Source: Stylophora pistillata (taxonomy: Eukaryota). Taken from it: a stretch of DNA of 64,000 nucleotides. The position numbers were made by a program, and so were the translations under genes. The stretch covers positions 1 through 64,000 of the forward strand of contig NW_019218423.1 in the NCBI RefSeq assembly GCF_002571385.2. Reading direction: 5' to 3'. Numbering within the stretch: position 1 is the first letter of the stretch; each line of letters begins with the position of its first letter. The notes beneath the pieces are model-generated. The model was not told where the DNA came from. It saw only the letters and a program-made list of their open reading frames with translations, and made no database searches. Below, piece by piece: positions 24,301-35,991 of this stretch.

Positions 24301-25775
24301 TAAAGTGGACAGGCCAAGATATTGTGATGACGTTTTCACCACCTGAATATTGTAGGTTGTTTGCTTAAAAGAAGGCCTACCAAGGTGGGGTCACGGGCAC
24401 CCCAGGCCCCCCCCCCCTGGTTACGCCCTTGATGTTACATTCAGACCTTTTACCTTAAGTATTTCAAGATTTCCTTATCGATCTCTTCCATCTTTACCTT
24501 TCAGGGCGTAAAATTGCGCCTAATACAGGCGCCAATGCGACTAAATTTTTAACTTTGGCGACCAAATCCTGAAAATTAGTCGCCAAATTGGCGACTAGAA
24601 TTTCTAATCACACCTTACCTAGAGATCTAATGATTGTTGAAAATTTGTAAAGATAAATCTGCAGCAAAGTTCCTCGTTAAGCTCGTTTCCAAAGCGCAGC
24701 ACATGCACGATGTCGAACGTAAATCTTCCGTCACTAGACGCCATCTTGAATTTAGGTAACCCATAAAGTTGTATATAATCCATTCTAGTGTCCTCTTTGT
24801 AGCTAGTGCGAATTTAGCGGGCTCGTTTTTGATGTTTGTATGACTGTATCACTATGATATGATAAATCTAGTACAGTGACAGGGTAAAAAACTTTTTTTG
24901 TGTGAGTGTGTCATAATGGGCACCAACTTTTTGGAATTGGCTACCACTTTAAAATATTTAGGAGCCAAGTGGCTACCGGAAAAAGGTGAATTTTACGCCC
25001 TACCTTTATTATTTGTTTACAGATTGTGGAAAGGGCTGTAAGACATGCGTATCAGGAGTTTGCTCCGGTTGCAACGAGGGCCTCGTTCTCGGCCGTAAAT
25101 CAAGAAGATGTGTGAAAGCTTGTTCAAGAGCAGACCCCAACTATAAATCGCAAGCCTGTGAAGGAAAACGTAACGAAAAAGGACGAAAAAAGAAGCGAAA
25201 AGGCAAGTTGATTTCATTAAATTATAAGGAAGTTATAAAAAACACGTTTACGCTTGCTCAATGCAACCCTTCCCATACCTTTTTTTTTTTACCCCTTCCC
25301 CATTTTGTTAGCTTCAATCCCTTATTGTATACCACATCTCCTGGGTTTGACGTAAATATTTTATGAACGATCGCGAACATGTCGTTTAGTTTGAGTGCAA
25401 GCCCTCTTAATTGGTCGGTGGGATTCTGTAACATTTAAAAAATAAATAGATAAAAGGCAATTCTTGAAAGGTAGCTCAACATTCTCTACCGATCACAAAG
25501 TTGCTTACTATTCGAAGTTTTCAACAGGTTTCAGGTCCAATTTTGAGTCAGGTGTTTTAACACATTGAAACTCAACGAAGTTGTGTGTAAATGACGTACA
25601 ACAATCAATATTCACCTGTTTATAATCTGATTTCCTTTGTTCATGTAACTTTGTGAGTCTTGGGCTTAAAGCAAACACTGAGTGGTATTTTCTTCTCTGA
25701 TAAACAGGAGGCAAAGGAAAACCAAAGCGAAAGAGACGACCGAACCCAACACAGCCCACTGCAGAGCCACACTAA
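21377..25775 (+). CDS. Gene B: secreted furin-like Cys-rich repeat protein with polybasic N- and C-terminal segments (~274 aa)
   Basis: Exons 21377-21500, 22493-22660, 23253-23432, 23783-23887, 25023-25202, 25708-25775; all phase 1; donors of introns 4 and 5 are AG/GCAAGT. Signal MKKTFLVLLGIAIVLLATAEG, RRGRKRGGKGK, four Cys repeats (third has 6 Cys), tail KGRKKKRKGGKGKPKRKRRP. AATAAA at 26322 and 26334. Confidence 0.85.
24179..24431. mobile_element. MITE with CAGGGG TIRs and 5-bp TSD (ATGTT)
   Basis: atgtt-CAGGGGCGTAGCCAGG...CCTGGTTACGCCCTTG-atgtt. Confidence 0.85.
24502..25002. mobile_element. MITE with CAGGG TIRs and 5-bp TSD (CCTTT)
   Basis: ccttt-CAGGGCGTAAAATT...AATTTTACGCCCTA-ccttt. 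Confidence 0.82.
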
Positions 25776-27218
25776 TATATCCTCACCCCAAATTGCGTGT
25801 GTTCAAACGCTCGCGAAGTGAAAATCTTGTTTTTACCAATTTAATTCCTTCTGTAGTGTATTATCGGATTTGTAATGGTCGGGCGTTTCCATCTGTTTTT
25901 ATCTTATTCCCCCAGGATAGTCCAAGAAAATTCGTAAATAGCAAAATCAACCAATTGTTCCTGGCATTTTATTTTTCTGCATTACTGTTTCTCCCGGCTT
26001 TAACCTTGGCAAAATCCTGTCCACATGCTACCCTATATTATGTTTACGAACATGTAATCAAGGATCAAAACTTACAAACATTAGACACTATGTGACGGGG
26101 GTTGCATTCAAGCGTTTGAACACAAAATTTGGTAATTTGTTCAATTTTGTCTTTTTCACTTTTTTTTTTTTTTGTGTAACTTTGTAGAATTTTATGCCGA
26201 GTGCTTGACACATCTCGTTTTAGTATGAATTGAATATAGAACTGGCGATGATATAGAGAGTTCATCGAAACTGTACAAAGTGTGAGTACAGTTAGGGCCG
26301 TGTCAAATATTTTGTTCTTTTAATAAAGCTGTTAATAAAGTAACCATGGTTTGGTTGTATTACTTTTCGCAAATGGTGGGAAATTCGCTCGTGTTGAAAT
26401 CCGGTACATCCTAGCAATTCTAATGGGTGTCCATTTAAAGTGATGACCCTTATTTAGTTTAGAGACTCACAAGATTGCGCCATGTAGGGACAATGACTCT
26501 TTTTTAGACCATCAGGATAACTTTAACCTCCCATGTGTGCATCCTTTCTCATTTTAACTGAAAGCAAACAAGCACTAAACTGTAACAAAAAATGGCGTAC
26601 AAATATCTGAATTAGCTTTAAGGTCATCACAATAGTCCGTAGTACATTGTAGATCTGCCTCATGAGCAAAACTCCTCACGAATTGATTTCAATTTGGTTT
26701 TTTTTTGTAAGGAAAATTAGAAACAAATAGCCATTTGCAAAATGGAAAGTGAGAGAACAGAAAACATAACTACGCCACAACGAAATAATTACGTGATACA
26801 AAGTATTTCGTGTTGCGTGAAAAGTGAAATATATGTGTTTCAAAATGGCTGGTTTCAGATTCCATCATCAGACGCCCATTTACCTGTGGAAAGTGCTTCA
26901 GTCCTCAAGTCAGATAGCTCTCATTTTTAACCGTTTAAATCGGCACCTTTCAAGGACATGCCGCACCCCTCCCCTCATGATTCACTCCAACAACCATCAA
27001 TTACAAAGTTGAAGAGCAAGTACGTGTCCAAAAACTGAGTGTTAACGCGAGGTTCAGCAAACACGGAAGAAATCTTCGGCTTCCATAAAAAAATGCGCGC
27101 AAATGCAAACCGTGTTACAGTGTTGGTATCTTAATGACATCATTGTAATGCGACTGCTTTCAATTTCATGAAAGGAGTGTTATTGCCAGTTGACAAGTGC
27201 AATGTAAGAAAGACAATA

Positions 27219-27461
27219 CAGTCAAACCTGTATATATGAAGAGGTCACCTACGGGGAATGGCGAGTAGAGATTATTCTTAGTTTTATTTGATTTGCTTTG
27301 ATTTAGTTCCGTTTAAGGGACTGCTATATATACAGGTGGATGACGAAATAAACAAGGTGACCACGACCGCTTACCATGAGAAACACTTTGTAAGGGGAAA
27401 AAAATTCGGAATAAAACAGAATGAATACTTAATAAGGTGCCACTTAAGACAGGTTCGCCTG
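27219..27461. mobile_element. Tc1/mariner-type MITE, TA TSD
   Basis: ta-CAGTCAAACCTGT...ACAGGTTCGCCTG-ta. Confidence 0.7.
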
Positions 27462-27991
27462 TATTACGATTTATCAGTGGAGTAATGCTACTTAAAGTTT
27501 TTGACCAACCGTTGCTTGACCAGTCAAAAAGTGTCAATCATGTTAAGTGCTGTATTTTGTGTTTTTTTTTCGAGTTGTACTTGCTTGCCTGATGACATTC
27601 TCAGAAGAATCATTTCTACAAGTTCAGGAAACGATGGAACCGTGACAAATGTGATCATACATCTGATAATTAGATTATATCCTTCGAAGTTTCTATGACG
27701 GAAATAATGCTGCGAAAACGTGTATGCTTTTACGAGGGCGTTCAAATCTTGTATGACATCACCGAAGGAAATTTCGCAAGAGGCACGTATCAAAGAAGAG
27801 ATATTAAACCTGCCGTTTTCCGGACGTGATATGGCAAGAGCCAATAGACATGTGCGAGTTCTATTGTTTCTGGATAATTCGCGTATAAACGATCTCAAAT
27901 AACACGACAACATAAAAAGGGATACCATTCCGAGCAGAAGCATATTAGATCTCCCCGCTTTCTTGGTCGTAACTTCAGCGAACGCATAATT

Positions 27992-30948
27992 ATGAAGGGC
28001 GTTATGGTGGCTTTCTTGCTGTTCGCCGCGGTACTCCTTTTCGTTACGGTTGATTCCAAAAGGGGCGGAAAAGGGGGTTCAAGACGGAAGAACGGGATAA
28101 GATCGGGCACGAAAGGTTAGTTTGAAATCCAACTAAAAATTTCTTTTATGTAACGAGTGAGTATTTTGTTGCATATTGCGTAATTAGAATTATAAAAATC
28201 CTTATTCAATCAAAGGTGATTTTCCTTGTTCTTATTCATATTTTACAGAATTAACATGTCCCAGAAACTGTTCAGACTGCGAGGAGGGTGTATGTCTAGA
28301 GTGCGACGACGGTTTTGCGCTGAAAATGTTGCGCAACAACAGAACAGGATGTATACCGTGTGGCCGACGTCTAAAAATGAAGGATCCTGATTTATACCTC
28401 CAACAATGCAGCACCAGTACGTTTAAAATTAAGTCATTCATAGCCAAAGTCTGAGCATTCTACATGTAAAACTCAACCGTTAAACTTTCTTTGAAAGATT
28501 CGTCAGCCCAACAATATACTTATATCTCATCAAACACCCTTTATATATCTTGCTTCAAAAAAAGCCTCGACCATAACATGCACGTCACAAAGACTTATTT
28601 ACAACGGTATAATTCTTTACACTTGTCTGATAATTTACTTTGATAAGTCGATCACTTTATTGTACATCCCGGGAATATGTCGCTTTAATATTTTCCTCCA
28701 TTTGTTGTTATTTACTCAGATTGTACCAGAAACTGTTCAGTTTGGGATAAAGGGAACAACCAAATGTGCAATCCTGGATTCTTCAAAGTTCAAACGAGAA
28801 TCTTAAAAAGAACGGTCTGTGTTCCTTGCGGTCGTCTAATGAAAAGAGTTTGGCCAGACGTTTTCGTGAGGGAATGCACAGAGTCCGGTGAGTAGGTCAT
28901 TTAAATCAAACGAGGTCATAGTCCAATGCGACCCTCACAAGCCTCTTTTTTTCCCCTTATGACCTGACTGGGTTTACGCGTGTTCTATGGTGCATACGTA
29001 TAGACGCAAGAGGTGAAAGTTTTGCCCACTGACCAGATATTCGATTTTTCTTGGCAAATCTTGGCCATTTAGCTCGGTGCAAGCTGTTGAAACCATGAAA
29101 AGCTAATAAGGAAACAAAAGCATACGATTGCTTTTTGAAATGATTGTTTTGCGCCGAGCTAACCTACCAGTTGAACTTAAAATCTTGGCTTTAAAGCAAA
29201 GGAAAAATGCAGTAAAGGGCCTAAACAAATATGGATTACATAGGAATGGAGCGTAAGGTATGGGTCGCACTTGGGCAAAGTTTTCAACTTTGCCGGCAAA
29301 AAAAAACACAGAAAATTTGAAACCGCAACCGGAAAGCAAACTTTTGGTTTTAACTATCAGGGTCGCACTAGGTGAAAAAAATGTCAGTGATGACACTTTG
29401 ATAAACCAGACACACGTTTATCGACGTGCTATGGGGAGAGAGCAGTGAGCTGAAAAAGGAAAACAAACGTTAAAAAAATGCGTCCCGTTGAAGCATTGTT
29501 AATAACGATCACGGTGATGCTTATTCTTCTTATTCAGTTAAATCACGAGCACTTTTTTGTCTTTCGTATGATCTATGAAAGATGGGTTAACGCCTGTTTA
29601 ACTCGAAGATACTAGCTTATCCCTTAGCTGCTTCAAATTCGAGATTAAATAAAGTATATGTATGTATGTATGTATCGACGTCAGCGAAGATTACTTCGAG
29701 CGCCATATGCCTGATCAGTTCCGTGACCAGTCGAGTTGTTTGCTGTTTACTGACAGGTGATGACAGTTACCGCTGTGATAGCTATTGTTTAGTCCGAGTT
29801 TTCCGAAATCTACCTGCCCCACCCAAGCACTACGGCGTCTTTGATATTTTGGCCGGTTTTCAAAGTTTTTTTTCGAACTGGAGTTAGGGTCGCATTAGGC
29901 AATGTGCCCCGATGACAGATTTTTACGCCAAAGTGACCACATTCACACCAAACTTTGCCAAGTGCAACCCATGCCTAAATTGACGAACCTGGGCAGACGA
30001 GTGAGGTGTGCTATATTTTAACACTGTAGGTTGTGGACGAGGATGTGCTAACTGCACCTCCCCAGGCCTCTGCACCGAATGTGAAAGAGATCAAAAGCTT
30101 TTTACACCACCAGGCAGTAACATCACAAAATGCGTAAGGAGATGTCCGCCATTCTACAAGCTGAAGAAAGGCGTGTCTCCTCCTAAATGCGAATTCCAGC
30201 AAAAAGGAGGAAAACCAAACAGACCAAACAGCAGTAAGTGACTGTTTCAATATTGATTTGAGTAAAGAATTTAATTATAGAGATGTGCTCGCTAGATTTG
30301 TAAATCAATATGAATATCAGCCCTATTCGACGGTACTGCGAAGAAATGCCAAAACATTTGCGTACACTCGACTGACAGTAAGCCAAATTTTCCTTCAAAT
30401 ATGCACATTAATTCCAAGCTTTTTCTCTTTTAGAGTGTGTTAGAGGCTGCGAGCAATGTACACTGGAGGGAGTTTGTAAGAAGTGCTTTGTAGAGTTGCA
30501 ATTGTTAAAACTACGCGATCGCACAATTTGTACCAGAAGATGTCCATCAACTTTGAGAACATATTTCGACCCAGAAACCAACACTAAGATCTGCAGGAAA
30601 CCGCGCCGTGGCAAAAAAGGTAACGGAGCAAAATGATAGTAACAGCTTTCTCTTTTTCTTTTTAATATAAGAAAAGTATTGATTGAAATACGAAAAATAG
30701 GTAGATTTTTAACCCATTTCTATACAAGCATCATTCCGTAGACGACGCAACTAGTTCGCTCGGATCCAGTTTTAAAACTGACATAGAAAGTATTTGAAAA
30801 CTTCTCTTTTACGATCTATCTTACACTTCGATTTGTTTTGTTAATTTGAATGAATTTTCCAGTATTAAGGCTATATGCCAAGCATTTTTCCTGTTCTTTT
30901 ACTTTATTCATAGGAGGAAGAAAAAATCTATCACAGTCTGACAGTTAA
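27992..30948 (+). CDS. Gene C: secreted furin-like Cys-rich repeat protein with basic termini (~294 aa)
   Basis: Exons 27992-28115, 28249-28416, 28720-28887, 30030-30233, 30434-30619, 30914-30948; all GT-AG phase 1 with continuous frame. Signal MKGVMVAFLLFAAVLLFVTVDS, KRGGKGGSRRK, four Cys repeats, tail RKPRRGKKGGRK. AATAAA at 31211. Most exons are missed by the ORF track. Confidence 0.85.
29257..29975. mobile_element. PIF/Harbinger-type non-autonomous element, TAA TSD
   Basis: taa-GGTATGGGTCGCACTTGGGCAAAGTTT...AAACTTTGCCAAGTGCAACCCATGCC-taa; contains a short AATAAA(GTAT)n LINE-like tail at ~29648-29676. Confidence 0.82.
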
Positions 30949-31908
30949 GGAGCAGGCCTTACTCTAGAAAAAGAGTTTTATGAGATTTATTCAGAAGTCA
31001 TTTCATAAAGCGAGATCGAAGTTGTGTGTGTTGTTGTTGTTTTTTTTGCAAGATGATAAAACTGACTTATCAATTGCCTCACTGATAAAAGTTGCCATGC
31101 AAATTTCGTTGGCGGTCTTAGTTACTACCAGAGGAATGTTAGCGTAAAGTTTAATGTAGCAAAATTTAACCTCCTCGCTTGTTGTTTTTTGTTTGATTAA
31201 AGTAAAACTCAATAAAAAGTTTAAAAACATATCGATAACATGTTAGCTTAAAAGTTTTTTTTAAATTTATTTATTTCTTACTTGTTTTGTTTTACTATAT
31301 ATATACATATTTGTTCCTGCAGGAGATTTGTCCAAGATTTGTTGACATTTGAGTCAGCTTTGGAAACTCTACAGTGGCCAATTTACACAATAAACTCAGT
31401 TGTTTAAAGCAAAATTACACTGTAACTATGTTGTGCTATGTTTGTGCCATATTATGGGCAACATAAACCATATGACTAGCTGAATACGGTTGTGTTTGTT
31501 GGCAAGACCCATCGCTAACCATAGCAACATTGTTCGAGAGTTTCCTGGAGTCACCCTCTCTGGTTACGTTATAAAGAAGATGGCGTGACACAAATTAGTA
31601 ACGCACGCTTGGTTAATCCAGTATTCTGTAATCTTTTCGAAGCTTTTCCTAATGCCATTCTATGGGTAAAATTTCCACCTGGAAATAACGGAAAATAAAT
31701 ACGGTATTCTCTTCAAGAATTTATCCGTATCCACACGAGGACATAAAAGGTCATGTTGTAAAACAACGTGGTGGGCACAGTCCGTGTAAGTCAGTCCCAT
31801 TCTAAAGGAATTTATCCGCTTCCAGCATATTTCCTATCCCCTATTTACCGTAGAAATTCCATCCAGTCGATATTTGTTGGGTCATAACTGCTGAATACAC
31901 AGACCAAG

Positions 31909-32118
31909 TCATAACAGCTTTATAGGATTCTTCTCTCGAGGCAAATGATGTCTGGTGTAATCGTTCTTCAGCACTCTGTTTGGCTGTCGTTCCAGAGTTG
32001 TTTTTATGTCTTTAAGTGGTTGCCTTGTGCAGACGATAGTAATGATCCATAATGTCACGAACAGGAAAAATAAAAGCGCAGAAATATCAATCGCAGTAGC
32101 TAAATCGAGAGCGGTCAT
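31909..32118 (-). CDS. Small single-pass (type III) membrane protein, 69 aa, unknown function
   Basis: MTALDLATAIDISALLFFLFVTLWIITIVCTRQP: one TM then basic residues; aligns without gaps to the N-terminus of the 34008 gene. Confidence 0.6.
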   Translation of the reverse strand: MTALDLATAIDISALLFFLFVTLWIITIVCTRQPLKDIKTTLERQPNRVLKNDYTRHHLPREKNPIKLL

Positions 32119-32555
32119 GTTGACAGACGAAGAACGGTGTATTAAGTAGGAGCGGCTACCAAGCTCCCACATTGCGTGACTTGAAGTAGGCTTACATAAC
32201 ATCTCGATTTATGAACAAAGTAAACGATAGATATCGATCTAAATATCTTTTATTGAGTAGCGTCTTAAAAAGATCTTTCAAGATCTTATCCTGATCTCAA
32301 ATTTGAAAACAAAGCAAATTTAGAAAATAATTTGCTTTGAGACTCACATGGCATCACCATAACAACGGAACCGTAACGTAAGTACATCATGCCTGTCAGT
32401 ATCAGTAATCATTAAGAGAGGCTGTCGCTCGTTAGTTCAACGCTAAAGTTTTTGTTAGAACTGTAAGACAGGTCCAATGCATTGAGCAGCTTTTTCATCT
32501 CCTTTATTCCCAGTTTATAGCTGAAACTTTGGCCGTGTTAACATGGGACGTGGCC

Positions 32556-32930
32556 ATGGACCATCAAGACGAACCGAGGTCTCTAAGACGAAGAATTATG
32601 CGCAACAGCCTATTCATTTTTGTCGGATTTGTTTTGATTATTCTTTGCTTCGTTTTCTTGGGAATCGCACAGCAGCGCCAACATATAACCTCAGGACACT
32701 GTAGCCACTGTTACAGTAAAAATGCTCCCAAGATATTTCGACTTTTAGCAGCGATTTGTTTTGTAATTGGTTCGACGATAATGACAATTTTTTGGTGGCA
32801 CATCAGAGTAATGAGAAGTGCGTTGATAATGCGCCAAAGACGCATCGAATTGGAGGGATTATTAGAAAACCACAATCAAACAGGCAGAAGAACATGCAGA
32901 GCATCTCTTGGAAAGAGAAACAGCGGTTGA
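32556..32930 (+). CDS. Small two-TM membrane protein, 124 aa, unknown function
   Basis: Two hydrophobic helices (SLFIFVGFVLIILCFVFLGIA; LLAAICFVIGSTIMTIFWW) flanked by Arg-rich segments, loop with HCSHC; ATG context GCCATGG. Confidence 0.6.
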   Translation: MDHQDEPRSLRRRIMRNSLFIFVGFVLIILCFVFLGIAQQRQHITSGHCSHCYSKNAPKIFRLLAAICFVIGSTIMTIFWWHIRVMRSALIMRQRRIELEGLLENHNQTGRRTCRASLGKRNSG

Positions 32931-34007
32931 AAATTTATAACACGCTTATGGATTTTGGAGAACGTGACGAAAATCACACTAATGATTTCGAACGTACAGA
33001 CGTTAACCACCCAATTAGTCATTAACTGATGTATGCATACTTGCGTATGTTTCGACGTGGATGCTATGAAACGCCTTATTAGTTTATATACTTAGAACTA
33101 ACCCTCTTAGATCAAGCATTGTTAAGTTCAAAGTTGTTTACCACGGACATTGATGTAGATCTAAAGCTTGGCAAGTGTAACATTTTGACTTCTTTGTTTG
33201 TATCCGTTACATAAGTGGAGCATTCGAACGAGAAATACTGGAATCCTTACAGAATTTCCATTTTTCTGTTTGTCCTATACGCGTGACAGATATAGTATTT
33301 CCTTCTCCGAGCAGTTGATGTCAAGAGCCGTAATCTGTTGTTGATTAGTCAACAACGAAATAGCTACAATCGTCGTAAAAGTAAAGTTTTATTTTTAGGT
33401 GAATTTTTATTCACTTTTCCTGAAGGACAAGTGCACAGACAGAAAAAAAAGGAATTTTGAAACTCTGCGATTAGGTTAAAACTCGAGAATACCATTAAAA
33501 ATATATAAACATTTTATTTACTGATTTATAATGTAAGAATTAAAGAGATTATCATAACCGAGTTGGAATGCTTTTTGTTGTTGTTGTTTTGTCGTTTGCG
33601 TATTTGTTATTGATCTATCAAAATTTCCTCATATAAAATAAATCTTAAATAACTGAAGCGCGTTCTCTCGAATACTCGTGCGCGGATCTCGCGGGATTCT
33701 GGTTCTCGCCGCCGATCAAGCGTGACGTGAAATAAACACGTTTCAGATTTCAATAAAGTCAGACAGAATTTTGCCACGCTCCCAAACGTTCGACTCTCAA
33801 CGAACATTTGTGTCTTTTAAAAACGATATCATTCTCTTGGATCCATCTTCCAGTCCAATGGAATCTGACCAATGATTTTTCTGACAACTGCGAACAGTCA
33901 AATCATCTTTTGGATGAATTAATGGATATGGAAATTTGCGATCATAACTCTTAAATTATCAATAGGGAAGAGAGACTAGAAGTTACGCGAACATTTCAAC
34001 GTAAAAA

Positions 34008-35991
34008 ATGATTTTAGCGGATGGGACATTAGCCATCTATATTTCTGCCGGCCTAGCTGGGTTTCTCGCACTGCTATGGTGTTGTGCTATATGCGTTTGC
34101 AAAGGACCTTGTCGATCACTCGACGAACCCGTGAAATCACCCTTTGAAATGCATATGGACCCTGCGTCCAAAGACACGGCATTACGAAACAAGTACGAAG
34201 TGTATCACTATCATCTGATGGTAAGTCATGGAACATTTTAACTGACTTGGTGTTTATTTCTCATAAAAAATTTCTTCAAATATCCTTTTCCAAAACGAGA
34301 AGAAATTCGCGTACGTATTCGAGAGATCATCGCGATAATGTTTATTTTATCTGATAACATTTTAACTTATTCTCTCGGTGTGATGTTATAGTAGACAATA
34401 TTCTCAGACAACACTAATGCAAATTCGTGTTGAACGCTGCATGTCATATCACCAATTCTTTCCCAGAGAAAATGTTGTAAAAGCAAACACTTTTACACAT
34501 GAAAGATCTCGGCTAAAATCAAAAGCTTGCTTGTAAATGATTCCAAAAAGTCTAAGCGACGACAATTAGAGCTTTGAAATGTCATAAAATTAGACAGCGC
34601 CGGAAGGCACATGTTTTTGTAGTTCAATTCAAGCGTAACATCGTGCTTAACTTGCTCCCCTTTTTAAAATCATTAAAATATAAATGAGATATATAGTGGG
34701 CAGGGAAGGTTCGAGTTCCGGAAGCAAAAAAACAAAAAAGGCGAAAATGTATTTTGTATTTAATCAAGAATAATTCGGTCCATCAACCTTGCCTAAAATG
34801 TTTAATTTTGGCAAAATGTTGTCACGGTAATGGACATCGAACTGATGATCGCTTTTGCCAGAGCAAACAACTAATAACTTGCAGGAATCAGTTGCTTGTT
34901 ACTTTTTTTCCGTGACATAGAATTATAATATAGTTTACATAAAAACATCTGTTTAGAAGTCTTAAGGCATTGCATGTGTGATGCATTTCAATCAATCAAT
35001 AACTGCTCATTTTCTTACTGATTGGTCTGGATACAGGCATCCCTTCAAACCAAATGATAGGAAATAGGTACGTTAGCTTTAGGGTTTTTTCATTTTTTTT
35101 CCCCTAGTTTTTTCCTTCAATAATCAAAGTACACAAAAGCTTTGAGAAGAAGTAGTAGGAGAGCATGTAATGAATGAGGGCGGTTCCTTCTAATTTTTTT
35201 CAAACATCTTCATTCCACTATGGATTGGAAAGGTGGGGTAGCCTTTCGACTCTGTCATGCACAGGGATCTGAAATAATTATTAATTACAAAATAGCAAAG
35301 GTAAAAGGATTGGCAGAGGGTACTCTTTAATGTACCGGAATCTGAAATAATGTAAGACTACCCATGTAGCAGATGTTAGAAACATTGACCAACTATGACA
35401 CGTGAGGGGCCTAATAATAAGTTATTGGTACATTGCTGACAAGGAAGCAAAGAAACATATTTAAAATCAAATATTAATATTCTCAAGCCGTTAACGATCT
35501 GCACAGGATTTGTTCAATCGTTTTCGATAAGATACGACATCATTGTAGTTTTATCCTGAGTACAGTTGGAAACGATTGTTCATTTTTTCCAATTTTCAGC
35601 CTAAAGAGAGTGATTTTAGTTTTAACGTGATCAAATGATGTCAATTTTTCTTTAGACACCAAAAACACCAACTCAACAGCACCAAGTTTTGCTGCCTCCA
35701 CAACTGGTTCCCACACCGATTTCACAGGCAAGTGGATCACCGATTGCATTTGACTTCGGAGCTGTCTTAAAAATGCAAGCTGCGGACAAGGCGAACGCTA
35801 AAGGAAGAGATCGCCAAGTCAGGGATCCGTTGATAGATAAAGAACAAGGAGATTCTTCGTCTGATTCAAATAATGAGAACGTCAAACTAAAGAGATTGAA
35901 CACGATTAAGGTGGATGTACAAAACATCGACGACCAAAAATCTGACAAGCCTCTGATACAGCAGGACAACCTTCGAGATGTTGTTAACTGA
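34008..35991 (+). CDS. Two-exon type III membrane protein (~182 aa) with Cys-rich juxtamembrane segment and disordered cytoplasmic tail
   Basis: Exon 1 34008-34220 (donor ATG/GTAAGT, phase 0), exon 2 35656-35991 (TTTAG/ acceptor, same frame as ORF 35689-35991). TM AIYISAGLAGFLALLW followed by CCAICVC. Confidence 0.75.

Noticed and set aside
12457-30948. Calling genes A-C RSPO or PCSK5 orthologues
   Set aside because: No TSP1 domain, no subtilisin or P domain, and no clear RSPO R..MRQ hairpin; only the architecture is similar, so no symbol is given.
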